DNA of 64,000 bases from Gemmatimonadota bacterium. GTDB lineage: Bacteria > Gemmatimonadota > Gemmatimonadetes > Longimicrobiales > Gaopeijiaceae. The notes under the pieces are model-generated. The model was given only the letters and a program-made list of their open reading frames with translations, was not told where the DNA came from and searched no databases. Of this stretch, positions 39,004-47,290 are shown piece after piece. A program made the position numbers and the translations under genes. How positions within the stretch are numbered: position 1 is the stretch's first letter; every line of letters starts with the position of its first letter. The stretch covers positions 3,170-67,169 of the forward strand of contig PBPC01000073.1 in NCBI GenBank assembly GCA_002724575.1, in the 5' to 3' direction.

Positions 39004-39620
39004 AGCAGTGCGAGGATCACTCCGAAAATGACGTGTTCCGCATAGCTGCGATTATGAGAATCAAATTCTTCCAGAAAATTTTCCAGAGCAGAGTGGGGGT
39101 GTTCGGAGTCGTGGGCAGCCAGCAGCTGAGAGAGTCCCCCCATCGGGTTAACTGCGTATTCGATGGTTCCGTAAAGTGCCCCTTTTAACACCGTGGGACC
39201 AGGCATCTTTGGTTCTAAAATCGCACCATACAAGAGGCCCTGTCTAATGCCTGCCAAGAGACGATCCCCGGTTTCTCGATCCAGCTTAGGAGCTTCAGAA
39301 TTACGAACTGCGGGGCTTATTAAGTCCAATATGAGAGCTGAAACTGCGCCGGCCGCACCTGCTCTCACTAAGCTACCCAGGGCAGTCTTATGTCGTGGCT
39401 TCCAAGTCCTCAGCAACTTCGAGAGAATAGCCATAGCTTCGGGGGTTGCCAGCTCCTTAAGCGGTAGCCAGTTGATGTGGGCATCTTCTGATGTGTTGTG
39501 CCCTACAGGACTAGGACGATCCTTCAATATGCGGACCGCTTCAGTAGCGCCGGGAGATATGCTCCGTAAGCGTTCGAGCGCGTAACCGAGATGGAACCAA
39601 TAGTTCTGCTTCGGGGGCAT
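38949..39620 (-). CDS. Hypothetical protein (223 aa)
   Basis: Ala/Leu/Gly-rich, protein-like composition with hydrophobic segments (AGAAGAVSALILDLI, HVIFGVILALLYG). The competing + frame ORF is Ser/Arg-rich shadow. Its 3' end overlaps the previous gene by 55 nt, and its start lies 5 nt from the next gene's first ATG. Confidence 0.55.
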   Translation of the reverse strand: MPPKQNYWFHLGYALERLRSISPGATEAVRILKDRPSPVGHNTSEDAHINWLPLKELATPEAMAILSKLLRTWKPRHKTALGSLVRAGAAGAVSALILDLISPAVRNSEAPKLDRETGDRLLAGIRQGLLYGAILEPKMPGPTVLKGALYGTIEYAVNPMGGLSQLLAAHDSEHPHSALENFLEEFDSHNRSYAEHVIFGVILALLYGSSASSNGIFVEDEER

Positions 39621-39625
39621 ATGAG

Positions 39626-42600
39626 ATGTTGATGAGGTGTACCAGTAAGAGAAGGGTGGGGACCAGTAAAGATCTAATCAAGATCATTTCTATAACCGCA
39701 TGTCTGATGTTGCTCTTAATGCCGGTCCGAGCCCAGGTACCACCTGACGAGTCATGGCGTAGCATTGAAACGCAACACTTCCGTGTAACTTTCCCTGAGC
39801 ACCTTGAAACACTTGGGCGTCGCGCTGCCGATAGGGCAGAAGAAGCCTATCGTGAATTGTCCACAGCCTTGATCGAACCACCTGACAGCCCGATCGATCT
39901 CCTACTGACAGATCACGCAGATGTCTCTAACGGCTTTGCTCGGGTTACACCTTCGAATCGGATTGTTATCTATGCTCGCCCTCCCGTCGATGACCCGGGA
40001 TTGGGCCATATCGATGAATGGTTGGAGCTGGTTATCACACATGAGCTTGCTCACATCGTGCAACTGGATTACACACAAAATCCTATCGGTAAGCTTGCGA
40101 GAAATATTTTCGGTCGGGTTTCAGCTCCATGGCCTTTCTTCCCGGGCAGTGGTACCCCGAGATGGCTCACGGAAGGGCTTGCGACTTGGTACGAGTCAAG
40201 CCTGACAGAAGCGGGAAGAGTGCGTGGGACCTTCTATGAAATGATACTCCGGACCGCAGCTCTTGAAGGTCGTCTGGAAACTATTGGTCAGACACAAGGA
40301 GAGTCCCCAGAGTGGCCCGCTGGAGTTAGGCCATATGCATATGGATCTCTATTTTTCGATTACCTCACTGACAAGTACGGTGCAAGTCTTATGGGGTCGT
40401 TCACCAAGGCAATAGCAGGCCAGTGGATCCCCTATAGAATCAATTCTGCGGGTCGAAAAACATTCGGTTCCTCATTATCTGAAGAGTGGTCCCTATGGAC
40501 AGAAGGCATTCGTTCCAGGATAGCTGGACTTGACTCACAACTGGAACAATATGGCCCGATTACGATTCCTGAACGGCTGTCAGATGGAGGACGCTGGGCC
40601 CTGCGGCCCAAAGTGTCACCCGATGGCCGTTGGTTAATCTACGCCCGCTCAGATGGTCGCTCAGATTCCCAGCTTGCTTTCAGCCTGATAGATGGTGCAG
40701 GAACTCGTGAATTCACTCGAACTAATGGTCTTGCAACATATGACTGGACTCCTGAAGGATCAGTCGTCTTTGCTCAGCTCGAATATGCTGACCGGTATAG
40801 GCTGTTCGACGACCTGTACGAGGCACAGGCCGATGGCACTACGCGGCGCATCACCGAAGGAGCTCGTCTGACAGATCCTTCGGTAAGCCCTGATGGTTCT
40901 TGGGCTGTTGCAGTCTCTGGGGGCGGAGGCTCCAATGGTCTCGCCTTACTTGATCTTGAAAGCGGTGAGGTGAATGACTTTGTAACCTCTGATCCTGACT
41001 CTCACTGGGCATTCCCGAGCATCTCACCCAATGGCCGCTGGATAGCGGCTACGCGTTGGAAAACTGGAGCACTCCATGATGTCGTAGTACTAGATAGTAA
41101 TGGGCTGGTTGTAGCTGAGATTACGAATGATCGGGCGATTGATCTCGCTCCGGAGTGGAGTCCTGACGGGAATTACCTGATCTGGGCGTCGGATCGTACG
41201 GGCATCTTGAATATACTTGCGGTGCCCTTTGATCAGGAGTTAGCGCGAGCCGGGCCGCCTATACTCCTGACAAATGTCCGAACTGGTGCGCTGTATCCTA
41301 GCGTAGATCCGAGCGGACGTTGGCTTTATTTCAGTGGTTATCACTCTGATGGATGGGAAGTGGAACGAGTACCCTTTGATCCGGAAACAGCTGTCAGTGC
41401 CCCTCCAACCGATGCTCGGTTTAACAGATTGGAGGATCCAGAACCACCAGGTTTATATGAGGGGGAAGTTGAGAAATATTCGGCAGGCTCAACGTTGGCT
41501 CCCCGCTACTGGGAACCTCTCTACAGTGAAGCTGTGCGGACACCCGAGATCCGAACTGAGGATCTATACATCCGCAGCCGTCAACTACTAGGCCCGGCCA
41601 TAGGCATACAGACTTCGGGTATCGATCTGGTGGGAAGACATGAATGGGGAGCTTCTGCTCGTGTCTTTACTAGCGGGAGTCGTGCGGATGCGGGATTTCA
41701 GTATACGTACGCCGGACTAGGTAACCCTCGCCTGAGCTTAAGTGCAAACAATCGTTGGGGTCGTGGCAAGAATTCAGCACTTGTAACACAACGTAAGGAC
41801 GAGGCTTTACTTGATACACTGTTTGTTCTTAAGCGTGCTAGGAGCCTCACCGCGAGTGCACAATTCCAGCACCGAAAGTGGCGAAATTCTCTGTCCGTCA
41901 CTCTTTCTGCAGGCGTGCTCTGGGAAAAGCTTGAATTACTGGACAACTCTCTGGAGCCGGAAAATAATTATCGTCTCAATCGTCCACAAAATAGGATGAG
42001 CGATCTGAGCATTGCCCTTAGCTACTCGACTGCTCGGTCGCACGCCTATCAGGTCGGTGGCTCTGAAGGGGTCGTTTTATTCGCGAGAGCTAGGACTCGT
42101 AGTAGTCTGAATCTGCCGGATTCCTTGGTCGGGTTGAGCGGATTAGATAGCTCAGTCGATGAGGTTATCGGTCGGGCTCGAGTGTATGTGCCACTAGGTA
42201 TAACCGGGTATGCTCCTCATGTGCTTGCTCTTCAGACAAGCTTTGGGTTGGGCAGGGGGCCTAACGCGACAGCTGGTCACTTCGACGTGGGTGGAGCTTC
42301 AGGGAGTCAAGAACAGGTCACTGGCAGATCGCTTTTTGGTGGGACACCGATTTTTTTCCCTATACGTGGCTATCCAGAATCCGCTCGCTACGGACGCTAT
42401 GCTTGGGCAGCCTCAGCAGAGTATCGGATACCACTCGCGCTAATGAATTGGGGCCTCGGTGCCTGGCCACTCCATTTTGATCGAATCACTGGGTCGATAT
42501 TTGCCGACGGCGGTAATGCTTGGGGACCCCGAATGTCCCCCGGTGGCTTCCAGAATCCACGACGCGAGGCACTGTATTCGGTGGGCGCAGAGGTCACAGC

Positions 42601-42712
42601 AGAGCTTTTGTCGTTTTATCACATCAATATGTTGGTTCGTACTGGAGCGGCCCTTCAGTTGGCCGGGAACAAGAAAGTCCAATTCTATGTGAGGCTCGGT
42701 ATGCCCTTTTAA
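39626..42712 (+). CDS. Exported multidomain protein: HExxH peptidase-MA-like domain + PD40/TolB-type beta-propeller repeats + C-terminal Omp85-like beta-barrel
   Basis: Signal peptide ...ITACLMLLLMPVRAQ. VITHELAHIVQ plus LTEGLATWYE fits a gluzincin HExxH...E arrangement. PD40-like repeats: VSPDGRWLIYARSDG, SVSPDGSWAV, ISPNGRWIAA, WSPDGNYLIWASDRTG, VDPSGRWLYFSG. C-terminal part: FGGTPIFFPIRGYPE (Omp85 L6 RGY/F-like motif), SIFADGGNAWG, terminal ...RLGMPF. The start is uncertain (39626-39707). Confidence 0.8.
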   Translation: MLMRCTSKRRVGTSKDLIKIISITACLMLLLMPVRAQVPPDESWRSIETQHFRVTFPEHLETLGRRAADRAEEAYRELSTALIEPPDSPIDLLLTDHADVSNGFARVTPSNRIVIYARPPVDDPGLGHIDEWLELVITHELAHIVQLDYTQNPIGKLARNIFGRVSAPWPFFPGSGTPRWLTEGLATWYESSLTEAGRVRGTFYEMILRTAALEGRLETIGQTQGESPEWPAGVRPYAYGSLFFDYLTDKYGASLMGSFTKAIAGQWIPYRINSAGRKTFGSSLSEEWSLWTEGIRSRIAGLDSQLEQYGPITIPERLSDGGRWALRPKVSPDGRWLIYARSDGRSDSQLAFSLIDGAGTREFTRTNGLATYDWTPEGSVVFAQLEYADRYRLFDDLYEAQADGTTRRITEGARLTDPSVSPDGSWAVAVSGGGGSNGLALLDLESGEVNDFVTSDPDSHWAFPSISPNGRWIAATRWKTGALHDVVVLDSNGLVVAEITNDRAIDLAPEWSPDGNYLIWASDRTGILNILAVPFDQELARAGPPILLTNVRTGALYPSVDPSGRWLYFSGYHSDGWEVERVPFDPETAVSAPPTDARFNRLEDPEPPGLYEGEVEKYSAGSTLAPRYWEPLYSEAVRTPEIRTEDLYIRSRQLLGPAIGIQTSGIDLVGRHEWGASARVFTSGSRADAGFQYTYAGLGNPRLSLSANNRWGRGKNSALVTQRKDEALLDTLFVLKRARSLTASAQFQHRKWRNSLSVTLSAGVLWEKLELLDNSLEPENNYRLNRPQNRMSDLSIALSYSTARSHAYQVGGSEGVVLFARARTRSSLNLPDSLVGLSGLDSSVDEVIGRARVYVPLGITGYAPHVLALQTSFGLGRGPNATAGHFDVGGASGSQEQVTGRSLFGGTPIFFPIRGYPESARYGRYAWAASAEYRIPLALMNWGLGAWPLHFDRITGSIFADGGNAWGPRMSPGGFQNPRREALYSVGAEVTAELLSFYHINMLVRTGAALQLAGNKKVQFYVRLGMPF

Positions 42713-42816
42713 GCGCATACTATCCAAAATGTCCTCCAAAATACCCGAACATAATCCGTATATTCCTCTAAAGTACTAGCAGATTTAGTCATTTTAGGCT
42801 GGATTAAAGAAAAGTA

Positions 42817-42845
42817 TTGACCACAAGATATTGCACTCGTATTAT
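42817..42845 (+). promoter_or_regulatory. Sigma70-type promoter candidate for nrdJ
   Basis: TTGACC (42817-42822), 17-nt spacer, TATTAT (42840-42845), in an AT-rich spacer 139 nt upstream of the nrdJ ATG. Confidence 0.5.
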
Positions 42846-42867
42846 GGCTTCGCTCAGTATCTAGTGG
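42821..42867 (+). promoter_or_regulatory. Tandem NrdR-box-like palindromes overlapping and flanking the promoter
   Basis: Box 1 is ccaCAAGATATTGcac (core 9/10 to CwAtATaTwG). Box 2 is gctCAGTATCTAGtgg (core 8/10). Centre-to-centre distance is 31 bp, matching the spacing described for NrdR operators upstream of nrd genes. Confidence 0.5.
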
Positions 42868-42898
42868 TCCACTGAGCAGTTTTCCACAAGAAATATCG

Positions 42899-42925
42899 CG
42901 GCGGGAGAGGGTTCCCGCCGTTTTT
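42899..42925 (+). terminator. Intrinsic terminator-like hairpin inside the nrdJ leader (or a distal terminator of the upstream gene)
   Basis: CGGCGGGA-GAGGGT-TCCCGCCG (8-bp GC-rich stem, 6-nt loop) followed by TTTTT. It lies 58 nt before the nrdJ ATG and downstream of the predicted promoter. Confidence 0.7.
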
Positions 42926-42983
42926 CAACGCCTGTTTTAAGCTTTTTCCACAATTCTATCTCGATTAGAGCCTAATTCGCGCT

Positions 42984-45509
42984 ATGCCAACCGTTCATCA
43001 ACCTCGGCCACCAAGGGAATCAGTCATCTTCGATGACGTACTTCCAACTGACCTTCCTGAACCAACATTAACTGAAAATGCGCGGATTGTTCTAGCTCGG
43101 CGCTATTTGAAGAAGGATGCTGAGGGTAACCCTACCGAAGAACCAGAGATGATGTTTTGGCGGGTTGCACGAACCATAGCTGGAGTGGATGAAGAATATG
43201 GGTCATCTGAGACTGCGGTAGAGGAATTGGCCAGGCAGTTCTACGGTCTAATGGTCAGGGGAGAATTTGAACCGAACTCACCTACATTGATGAATGCTGG
43301 TCGGCCGCTAGGACAGCTGTCAGCTTGCTTCGTACTACCCGTAGAAGATGCACTTTCTAACGGTAGAGCTGGGATCTACGACACCCTCACATCAATGGCT
43401 CTGGTACACCAATCCGGTGGCGGTACTGGTTTCTCCTTCTCACGCCTCAGGCCTGAGGGTGAAACCGTGCGCTCCACTATGGGTGTGGCTTCCGGTCCGA
43501 TTTCCTTCATGAAGCTTTATGATGCAAGCACGGACGTAGTAAAGCAGGGAGGAACACGCAGGGGCGCAAATATGGGCATCCTGCGCGTCGATCACCCAGA
43601 TATCCGTAGCTTTATCACCTGTAAGAATGACACATCTCAAGTGACCAACTTCAATATCTCGGTTGCCATCACTGATGCTTTCATGGAAGCGGTCTCGAAG
43701 GGTAGTGAATACGACCTCATTAATCCGAAAAGTGGAGAGGTTGTGGGGCAAGAAAATGCTCAGGAAATCTTTGATAAGATCATCTATGGAGCTTGGCTAA
43801 CGGGTGAGCCTGGAACGTTTTTTATAGACCGAGCAAATGAACATAATCCCGTGCCAAAACTGGGAAGCTATGAGGCAACAAACCCTTGCGGGGAGCAACC
43901 GCTTCTAGCATACGACGTGTGTAATCTTGGCAGCATTAACTTAGGTAAATTCGTAAAAGAAGAAGCGCACCCAGGAATCGATCCTGAGGAGGGTATCGAT
44001 TGGGAGGGACTGCGGCGGGTTGTTCATCTTTCTACTAATTTTTTAGACAACGTCATTGATGCCAACGTCTACCCACTCCAACAAATTCACGAATTAGCAC
44101 AAGATATTCGTCGTATTGGGCTGGGTGTCATGGGTTGGGCTGACATGATGATCCGCCTTGGTATAGCATACGATTCGGAGGAGGGGGTAGCTCTTGGGCA
44201 GCGTGTGATGGGGTTTGTGGATGAAGAAGCCCGAAGAGCCTCAGAGAAATTAGCGGAAACAAGAGGTGTCTTCCCAGCGTGGGCAGAGTCGATATGGGGT
44301 CCTGATGAAAGTGCTCCAGTTGGCTCCGATGGTGATCGCATTCGTCCAGAGCGGAAACTACGGAACTGTAACCTTACTACGGTGGCGCCAACCGGAACAA
44401 TTTCGATTTTCGCGGGCTGCTCCGGCGGTATTGAACCCTTATTTGCTGTAGCTTTTATGCGGAATCAGGCCGGTGTTTTAATGCCAGATGTGAACCCGGA
44501 CTTCATTCGGGTTGCTAAGGACGGTGGCTGGTATTCTGAAGACCTCATGGAGCAAATTGCAGAAGAAGGACATATCCACTTCGACGAGGTCCCGGAAGAA
44601 GTTCAGCAAGTGTTTCGGACGGCACACGATATTACCCCTGAATGGCATGTGCGCATGCAAGCAGCATTTCAGGAGCATACAGATTCTGCAATTTCTAAGA
44701 CCACAAATTTCCCCAGCGATGCGACAGCCGAAGACGTGCGTGAAATCTATGAGCTCGCGTATAGCCTTGGTTGTAAAGGGGTTACGGTCTACCGGGATGG
44801 CGCTCGGGAAGGGCAAGTGCTTTCCACTGGTAAAACGGATCACAGTGGACAGGCTGCCGCCCAAAACATATCCGAGCTGGAGCACTCTTTGGCCGACGCT
44901 CGTGAAGAAGCACATAACCTTAGGATTGAGGTTGAACGTCTTAAACACGAACTGATTGGAGAGGACGAGACACTGGGGGCGGCTAGGCAAAAGCGTCAAC
45001 GGCCAGAGGCTCTCCAAGGTTACACGATGAAGGTGAATTCCCCACTCGGTGACCTTTATGTGACGATTAACGAGGATGATCACGGAAAGCCATTTGAGGT
45101 TTTCTGCACTTTGGGCAAAGCTGGTGGAGCTGCGAATGCAGATGCAGAGGCAATTGGCCGTTTGATGTCGTTAGCTCTTCGGTCCGGTATCCCTATCAGC
45201 CAAGTGAAAGATCAACTGCGTGGAATCTCCTGTGACCGGGCAGTGGGATTAGGAGCGAATAAAGTGCTTTCGGCGCCCGATGGCATTGGACAGGCGATCG
45301 AGCGCTATCTCGAGCAGAAGGATGGAGTCCAGGAAGCCTTGCCTCTGGTGGTTAGCACGGAGGGAGGAGTACAGACACAGGCGGCTGTCAGCGCAATTGG
45401 TGGTGATCCGTCACACCTTGATACGTGCCCGGAGTGTAACTCAGCCCACTTCGTGTTTGAGGAAGGATGTAAGAAGTGCCACGTTTGCGGGTACTCTGAT
45501 TGTGGATGA
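42984..45509 (+). CDS. nrdJ: Adenosylcobalamin-dependent ribonucleotide reductase (class II)
   Basis: LTENARIVLARRYL, SPTLMNAG, LSACFVLP, TNPCGEQPL (active-site Cys/Glu), a TSCPD-like domain (LGDLYVTINEDDHGKPFEVFCTLGKAGG) and the C-terminal zinc ribbon CPECNS...CKKCHVCG. Confidence 0.95.
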   Translation: MPTVHQPRPPRESVIFDDVLPTDLPEPTLTENARIVLARRYLKKDAEGNPTEEPEMMFWRVARTIAGVDEEYGSSETAVEELARQFYGLMVRGEFEPNSPTLMNAGRPLGQLSACFVLPVEDALSNGRAGIYDTLTSMALVHQSGGGTGFSFSRLRPEGETVRSTMGVASGPISFMKLYDASTDVVKQGGTRRGANMGILRVDHPDIRSFITCKNDTSQVTNFNISVAITDAFMEAVSKGSEYDLINPKSGEVVGQENAQEIFDKIIYGAWLTGEPGTFFIDRANEHNPVPKLGSYEATNPCGEQPLLAYDVCNLGSINLGKFVKEEAHPGIDPEEGIDWEGLRRVVHLSTNFLDNVIDANVYPLQQIHELAQDIRRIGLGVMGWADMMIRLGIAYDSEEGVALGQRVMGFVDEEARRASEKLAETRGVFPAWAESIWGPDESAPVGSDGDRIRPERKLRNCNLTTVAPTGTISIFAGCSGGIEPLFAVAFMRNQAGVLMPDVNPDFIRVAKDGGWYSEDLMEQIAEEGHIHFDEVPEEVQQVFRTAHDITPEWHVRMQAAFQEHTDSAISKTTNFPSDATAEDVREIYELAYSLGCKGVTVYRDGAREGQVLSTGKTDHSGQAAAQNISELEHSLADAREEAHNLRIEVERLKHELIGEDETLGAARQKRQRPEALQGYTMKVNSPLGDLYVTINEDDHGKPFEVFCTLGKAGGAANADAEAIGRLMSLALRSGIPISQVKDQLRGISCDRAVGLGANKVLSAPDGIGQAIERYLEQKDGVQEALPLVVSTEGGVQTQAAVSAIGGDPSHLDTCPECNSAHFVFEEGCKKCHVCGYSDCG

Positions 45510-45541
45510 TCTTTATCAGGTTGCTTAGCTAAGAATCAGTC

Positions 45542-46210
45542 TCACGCCCCCCACGGCGCCGGCGGCAGGGTTTCAATCGGCTCAGTCAGGTTGAACTCAA
45601 GACGAACACGGCGACCCGTGATCTGATTCCTGAGAGAATACAAGAATGTTCGACCTGCATTGATCTCAAGAGTCCAGATGTGGTCTGTTGCAGTGGGCAC
45701 TAGCGATGCGGTATGAGCATCGGCTGGAAAATCCTGGCGAGAGCGACTTCCCGGGCTCGTAGTATCCCCGCCGTACTGCGTTATTTCGTCTTCCGTGCCG
45801 TCCTCGTGTCTGTGGTCATGCTTGAGGCGCAGACCGTCAGCTTGTCGAGAGATGACCCAAGTTCTTGAGTGATCATTTCCTACATGGAAAGGAATTCTGA
45901 CTAAGTCCTCCTGGCACTCTCGCACGTGCATAATGAGTACTTGGTTTGTGAGCAATTCATCGGATGGATTAGCCTCAATGAGCTGCCCTGGGAATGCCTG
46001 ACCGCATAGTTCCTGGAGCGTCGCCCAAAACTCATCATATGTGGTGCTGGGAGCACCTCGTACTGTAGAGGACTGAGTGGTGTCATCCTGTGTGCATGCC
46101 ATCGCTAGACAAAGGATTGCCACAGAGATAAAGGAATTTGCGTGCCAAAGCACAGGATATTTTGAGAGCATAGCTAGGGTAGACTGACAGCCTGAGTGAA
46201 GTGTCATCAC
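45542..46210 (-). CDS. Hypothetical lipoprotein
   Basis: Lipobox ...VAILCLAMACTQDD; the true start may be the Met at 46171. Protein-like composition with a His/Asp/Glu-rich patch HDHRHEDGTEDE. I do not recognise a family. Confidence 0.55.
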   Translation of the reverse strand: MMTLHSGCQSTLAMLSKYPVLWHANSFISVAILCLAMACTQDDTTQSSTVRGAPSTTYDEFWATLQELCGQAFPGQLIEANPSDELLTNQVLIMHVRECQEDLVRIPFHVGNDHSRTWVISRQADGLRLKHDHRHEDGTEDEITQYGGDTTSPGSRSRQDFPADAHTASLVPTATDHIWTLEINAGRTFLYSLRNQITGRRVRLEFNLTEPIETLPPAPWGA

Positions 46211-46277
46211 AAAGTGCTAGGTTATTCTATTAACCGGAAGCGGTTAGTATGCTAAGACTGTCTCGGATGCAGGTATT

Positions 46278-47216
46278 ATGCGCTCAAACTTGAGTTACTT
46301 GACGACCATCCTCGTCATTACAGCATGTGGAGGAGACATCCCTCAAGGCCCCACACCGGGTCGTCCTTCTTTCGCAGGCCAGCAAGCCCAAGATCTAGTT
46401 GAGCTTCAAGTCAGCTTTGGCCCGCGTATACCAGGTACAGTTGGTCACGATCGCCAACTTCGTTGGATGCTTGCACGACTTGATTCGTTCGCGCCAGAAG
46501 TCATAGCTGACACCTTTACTTATGTAACCACATACTCAGACTCACTTACTCTTGTGAATGTGCTTGCTCGTTACCGTCCAGAGGCAGAGAGGCGCCTTCT
46601 CTTGCTTGCCCATTGGGATACCCGGCCACGCGCAGATCAGGCGAAAGATCCAGCCCAGCAGGAGTTGCCCGTTCCAGGTGCGAACGATGGAGGCTCGGGT
46701 ACCGCAGTATTGCTGGAATTGGCCCGGATCATGTCTGATGCCCTACCGCCGCTAGGTGTAGATCTCCTATTTGTGGACGGAGAGGACTATGGTCCTGAGG
46801 CAGCAGATATGTTTATTGGAGCCCGAAGATATGCGGATCGGTTGTCTTTCCTGAGTCCAGGTGAGAGGCCAATGTACGGAGTTCTACTGGATATGGTTGG
46901 GGATGCAGATCCGAGCTTTCCGATAGAGGGCTATTCCGCTCAACATGCACTGCCTGTAGTACAGAAAGTCTGGAGGACTGCAGCGAGACTGGGTTACTCC
47001 AAAATCTTTCCTGAATCTGTTGGAATTCGATTGAGTGACGATCACGTACCGCTCAATGAGGCGGGTCTTCAAACCGTCGATATCATCGACTTCACCTATG
47101 GTGGTTCAGATAATATTTACTGGCACACGCCAGAGGACATCCCTTCAAATGTTAGTGCCGTAACGCTGGAAATCGTCGGAGAAGTCATAACCGAGTTGAT
47201 CTATTCAGGGGGGTAG
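46278..47216 (+). CDS. M28-family zinc peptidase / glutaminyl-cyclase-like lipoprotein
   Basis: Lipobox LVITACGG. LLLAHWDTRPRADQ, GANDGGSGTAVLLELARIM, LLFVDGEDYG, HTPEDI. Confidence 0.8.
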   Translation: MRSNLSYLTTILVITACGGDIPQGPTPGRPSFAGQQAQDLVELQVSFGPRIPGTVGHDRQLRWMLARLDSFAPEVIADTFTYVTTYSDSLTLVNVLARYRPEAERRLLLLAHWDTRPRADQAKDPAQQELPVPGANDGGSGTAVLLELARIMSDALPPLGVDLLFVDGEDYGPEAADMFIGARRYADRLSFLSPGERPMYGVLLDMVGDADPSFPIEGYSAQHALPVVQKVWRTAARLGYSKIFPESVGIRLSDDHVPLNEAGLQTVDIIDFTYGGSDNIYWHTPEDIPSNVSAVTLEIVGEVITELIYSGG

Positions 47217-47290
47217 GCCTCTGAGTCTTCATCCTGTAGAATCCCAACCCCAGCTACAGATCACTTTCCTTTTTCCAAAGGGCGAGGCTG

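Noticed and set aside
42821-42953. Three CCACAA-containing repeats at regular 63-64 bp spacing, considered as a mini-CRISPR or tandem repeat
   Set aside because: The repeated unit is only 6-9 nt of identity. The intervening segments contain a promoter and hairpins rather than spacer-like unique sequence, and no cas genes are nearby. I treat it as operator-like phasing instead (see findings).
42846-42983. Possible cobalamin riboswitch in front of the B12-dependent reductase gene
   Set aside because: The leader between the predicted start and the ATG is only about 130 nt, too short for a cobalamin riboswitch. I could not find a B12-box-like element. B12 riboswitches typically control B12-independent isozymes rather than nrdJ.
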